Source: Candidatus Nitrospira inopinata (GTDB lineage Bacteria > Nitrospirota > Nitrospiria > Nitrospirales > Nitrospiraceae). Taken from it: DNA of 32,000 nucleotides. This document shows positions 31,359 to 32,000 of the stretch, one piece after another. Both the position numbers and the translations under genes were made by a program. The stretch lies in contig NZ_LN885086.1 in NCBI RefSeq assembly GCF_001458695.1, forward strand, positions 2,490,001 to 2,522,000, given 5' to 3'. The notes beneath the pieces are model-generated. The model saw only the letters and a list, made by a program, of their open reading frames with translations, had not been told where the DNA came from and searched no databases. The number at the start of each line of letters is the position of its first letter. Within the stretch, counting starts at the first letter, position 1.

Positions 31359-31784
31359 TCAAGGTGAGTGATTGCGTTGTTTCGTCAGCCAGCGGACGTG
31401 AATCAAGTGCTCAACAGCATGAAATTCAGGATCGCTCGTCAGGACCGTACCGGACAGCCGGCGGGCCGTGGCGATACAAAACGCATCTGCGCAGGAGACC
31501 GCATGCTCGCTCTTGATCTCCGCCGCCTCTCGCACCAAGGGCAGGTCGATCGCCACCGGTTCGATGGGCAATTGTTCCAAAAGATGAAGAGCTTCGGCTG
31601 CGCGGGCCGCACCGACCTTGCGCTTGACGATGTAGAAGAACTCGCCCCAATTGACCCAGTTCAGAAAGGCCTTGGTGCCAGCCCGCTGCTGCTCGTATAG
31701 GGCGGCGCGGACCTTTTCCCAACCAGGCTCCTTATGAAACAAGCTGACCAATGCAAAACTATCGACGACGAGCGTTTCACTCAT
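31359..31784 (-). CDS. vapC: PIN-domain toxin, VapC family
   Basis: Conserved acidic positions are present in the contexts LVVDSFAL, NWGEFFY, SCADAFCIA and VLTSDPEF. The size is 141 aa, and an overlapping upstream antitoxin gene is present. Confidence 0.85.
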   Translation of the reverse strand: MSETLVVDSFALVSLFHKEPGWEKVRAALYEQQRAGTKAFLNWVNWGEFFYIVKRKVGAARAAEALHLLEQLPIEPVAIDLPLVREAAEIKSEHAVSCADAFCIATARRLSGTVLTSDPEFHAVEHLIHVRWLTKQRNHSP

Positions 31785-32000
31785 GGCGCGCCTCCTCCTT
31801 GTGTTCCCGTCGGAGATCAGCCGTCAAGGAGAATTTTCCGGTGAGAAAACCTGTGGCAGCGGCAATCGGGTCATCAGCCGCCGGCGTCACAACAAGGCGC
31901 CTCTCCTCCTCGATCAACTGAACCTTCCTGCCCGGTTTAAAGCCGAGTTTGCGGCGAAGTTGCCGGGGAATCAGAATTTGATCCTTTTCTGACCTATGGG
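31777..32000 (-). CDS. vapB: AbrB/SpoVT-type antitoxin VapB (5' end outside window)
   Basis: This gene is not in the ORF track. Hand translation of the minus strand gives ...HRSEKDQILIPRQLRRKLGFKPGRKVQLIEEERRLVVTPAADDPIAAATGFLTGKFSLTADLRREHKEEARHE*. The stop is at 31777-31779, overlapping the vapC ATG region by 8 nt. SEKxQ(I/V)xIP...LG(F/L)KPG is the looped-hinge-helix AbrB motif. Confidence 0.7.
   Translation of the reverse strand, partial: HRSEKDQILIPRQLRRKLGFKPGRKVQLIEEERRLVVTPAADDPIAAATGFLTGKFSLTADLRREHKEEARHE

Noticed and set aside
31166-31516. A 116-aa plus-strand ORF after the MoaD-like gene
   Set aside because: It has a TTG start and no SD. Its 3' half is antisense to vapC, and it has no motifs. 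The 31170-31358 region is better read as a convergent intergenic spacer.
1-32000. A scan for CRISPR arrays, tRNA/rRNA genes, transposases, integrases and phage or defence-island genes
   Set aside because: I found no regularly spaced direct repeats, no cloverleaf-like intergenic sequences and no recombinase or transposase motifs in any supplied ORF. VapBC is the only accessory-type element.

Overview
This is a GC-rich (roughly 60% by eye) chromosomal segment from a diderm bacterium, since a TonB-dependent receptor, LptFG and LpxD are all present. The gene content feels Nitrospirota-like, but I cannot verify that without a search.

Layout:
1. 1-1398: the tail of an ABC importer (ATPase), translationally coupled to a carbon-nitrogen hydrolase.
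2. 1501-10067: a cobalamin riboswitch followed by a tightly packed nine-gene plus-strand operon: btuB, CWC cysteine-rich protein, PduO-type adenosyltransferase, cobU, cobT, cobS, cbiB, cobD, cbiZ. Together these cover cobamide uptake, salvage/remodelling and nucleotide-loop assembly.
3. 10339-17715: a plus-strand chemosensory cluster: cheW, PilJ-like MCP, two-Hpt CheA, receiver + long coiled-coil protein, His-less Hpt-like protein. It has no cheB, cheR or stand-alone cheY.
4. 17925-18452: an orphan membrane protein.
5. 18453-23659: a minus-strand envelope operon lptF-lptG-fabF-acp-lpxD. Its divergent ACP carries a 62-aa Lys/Ala/Pro-rich basic tail.
6. A cspA-type gene with a long leader, then a 657-aa TPR protein.
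7. A divergent 2-hydroxyacid module: cupin + glyoxylate/hydroxypyruvate-reductase-like dehydrogenase on one side, YdiJ-like FAD/Fe-S oxidoreductase + MoaD/ThiS-like small protein on the other.
8. A vapBC toxin-antitoxin pair cut by the window end.

I found no rRNA, tRNA, CRISPR array, transposase or integrase.

The best novelty candidates are the output end of the chemosensory cluster (receiver-coiled-coil plus pseudo-Hpt protein) and the basic-tailed ACP/KAS pair wedged between lptFG and lpxD. Both are inferences from motifs read by eye, and novelty cannot be established without database searches. Many long ORFs in the supplied track are antisense or alternative-frame shadows typical of GC-rich DNA and were rejected.
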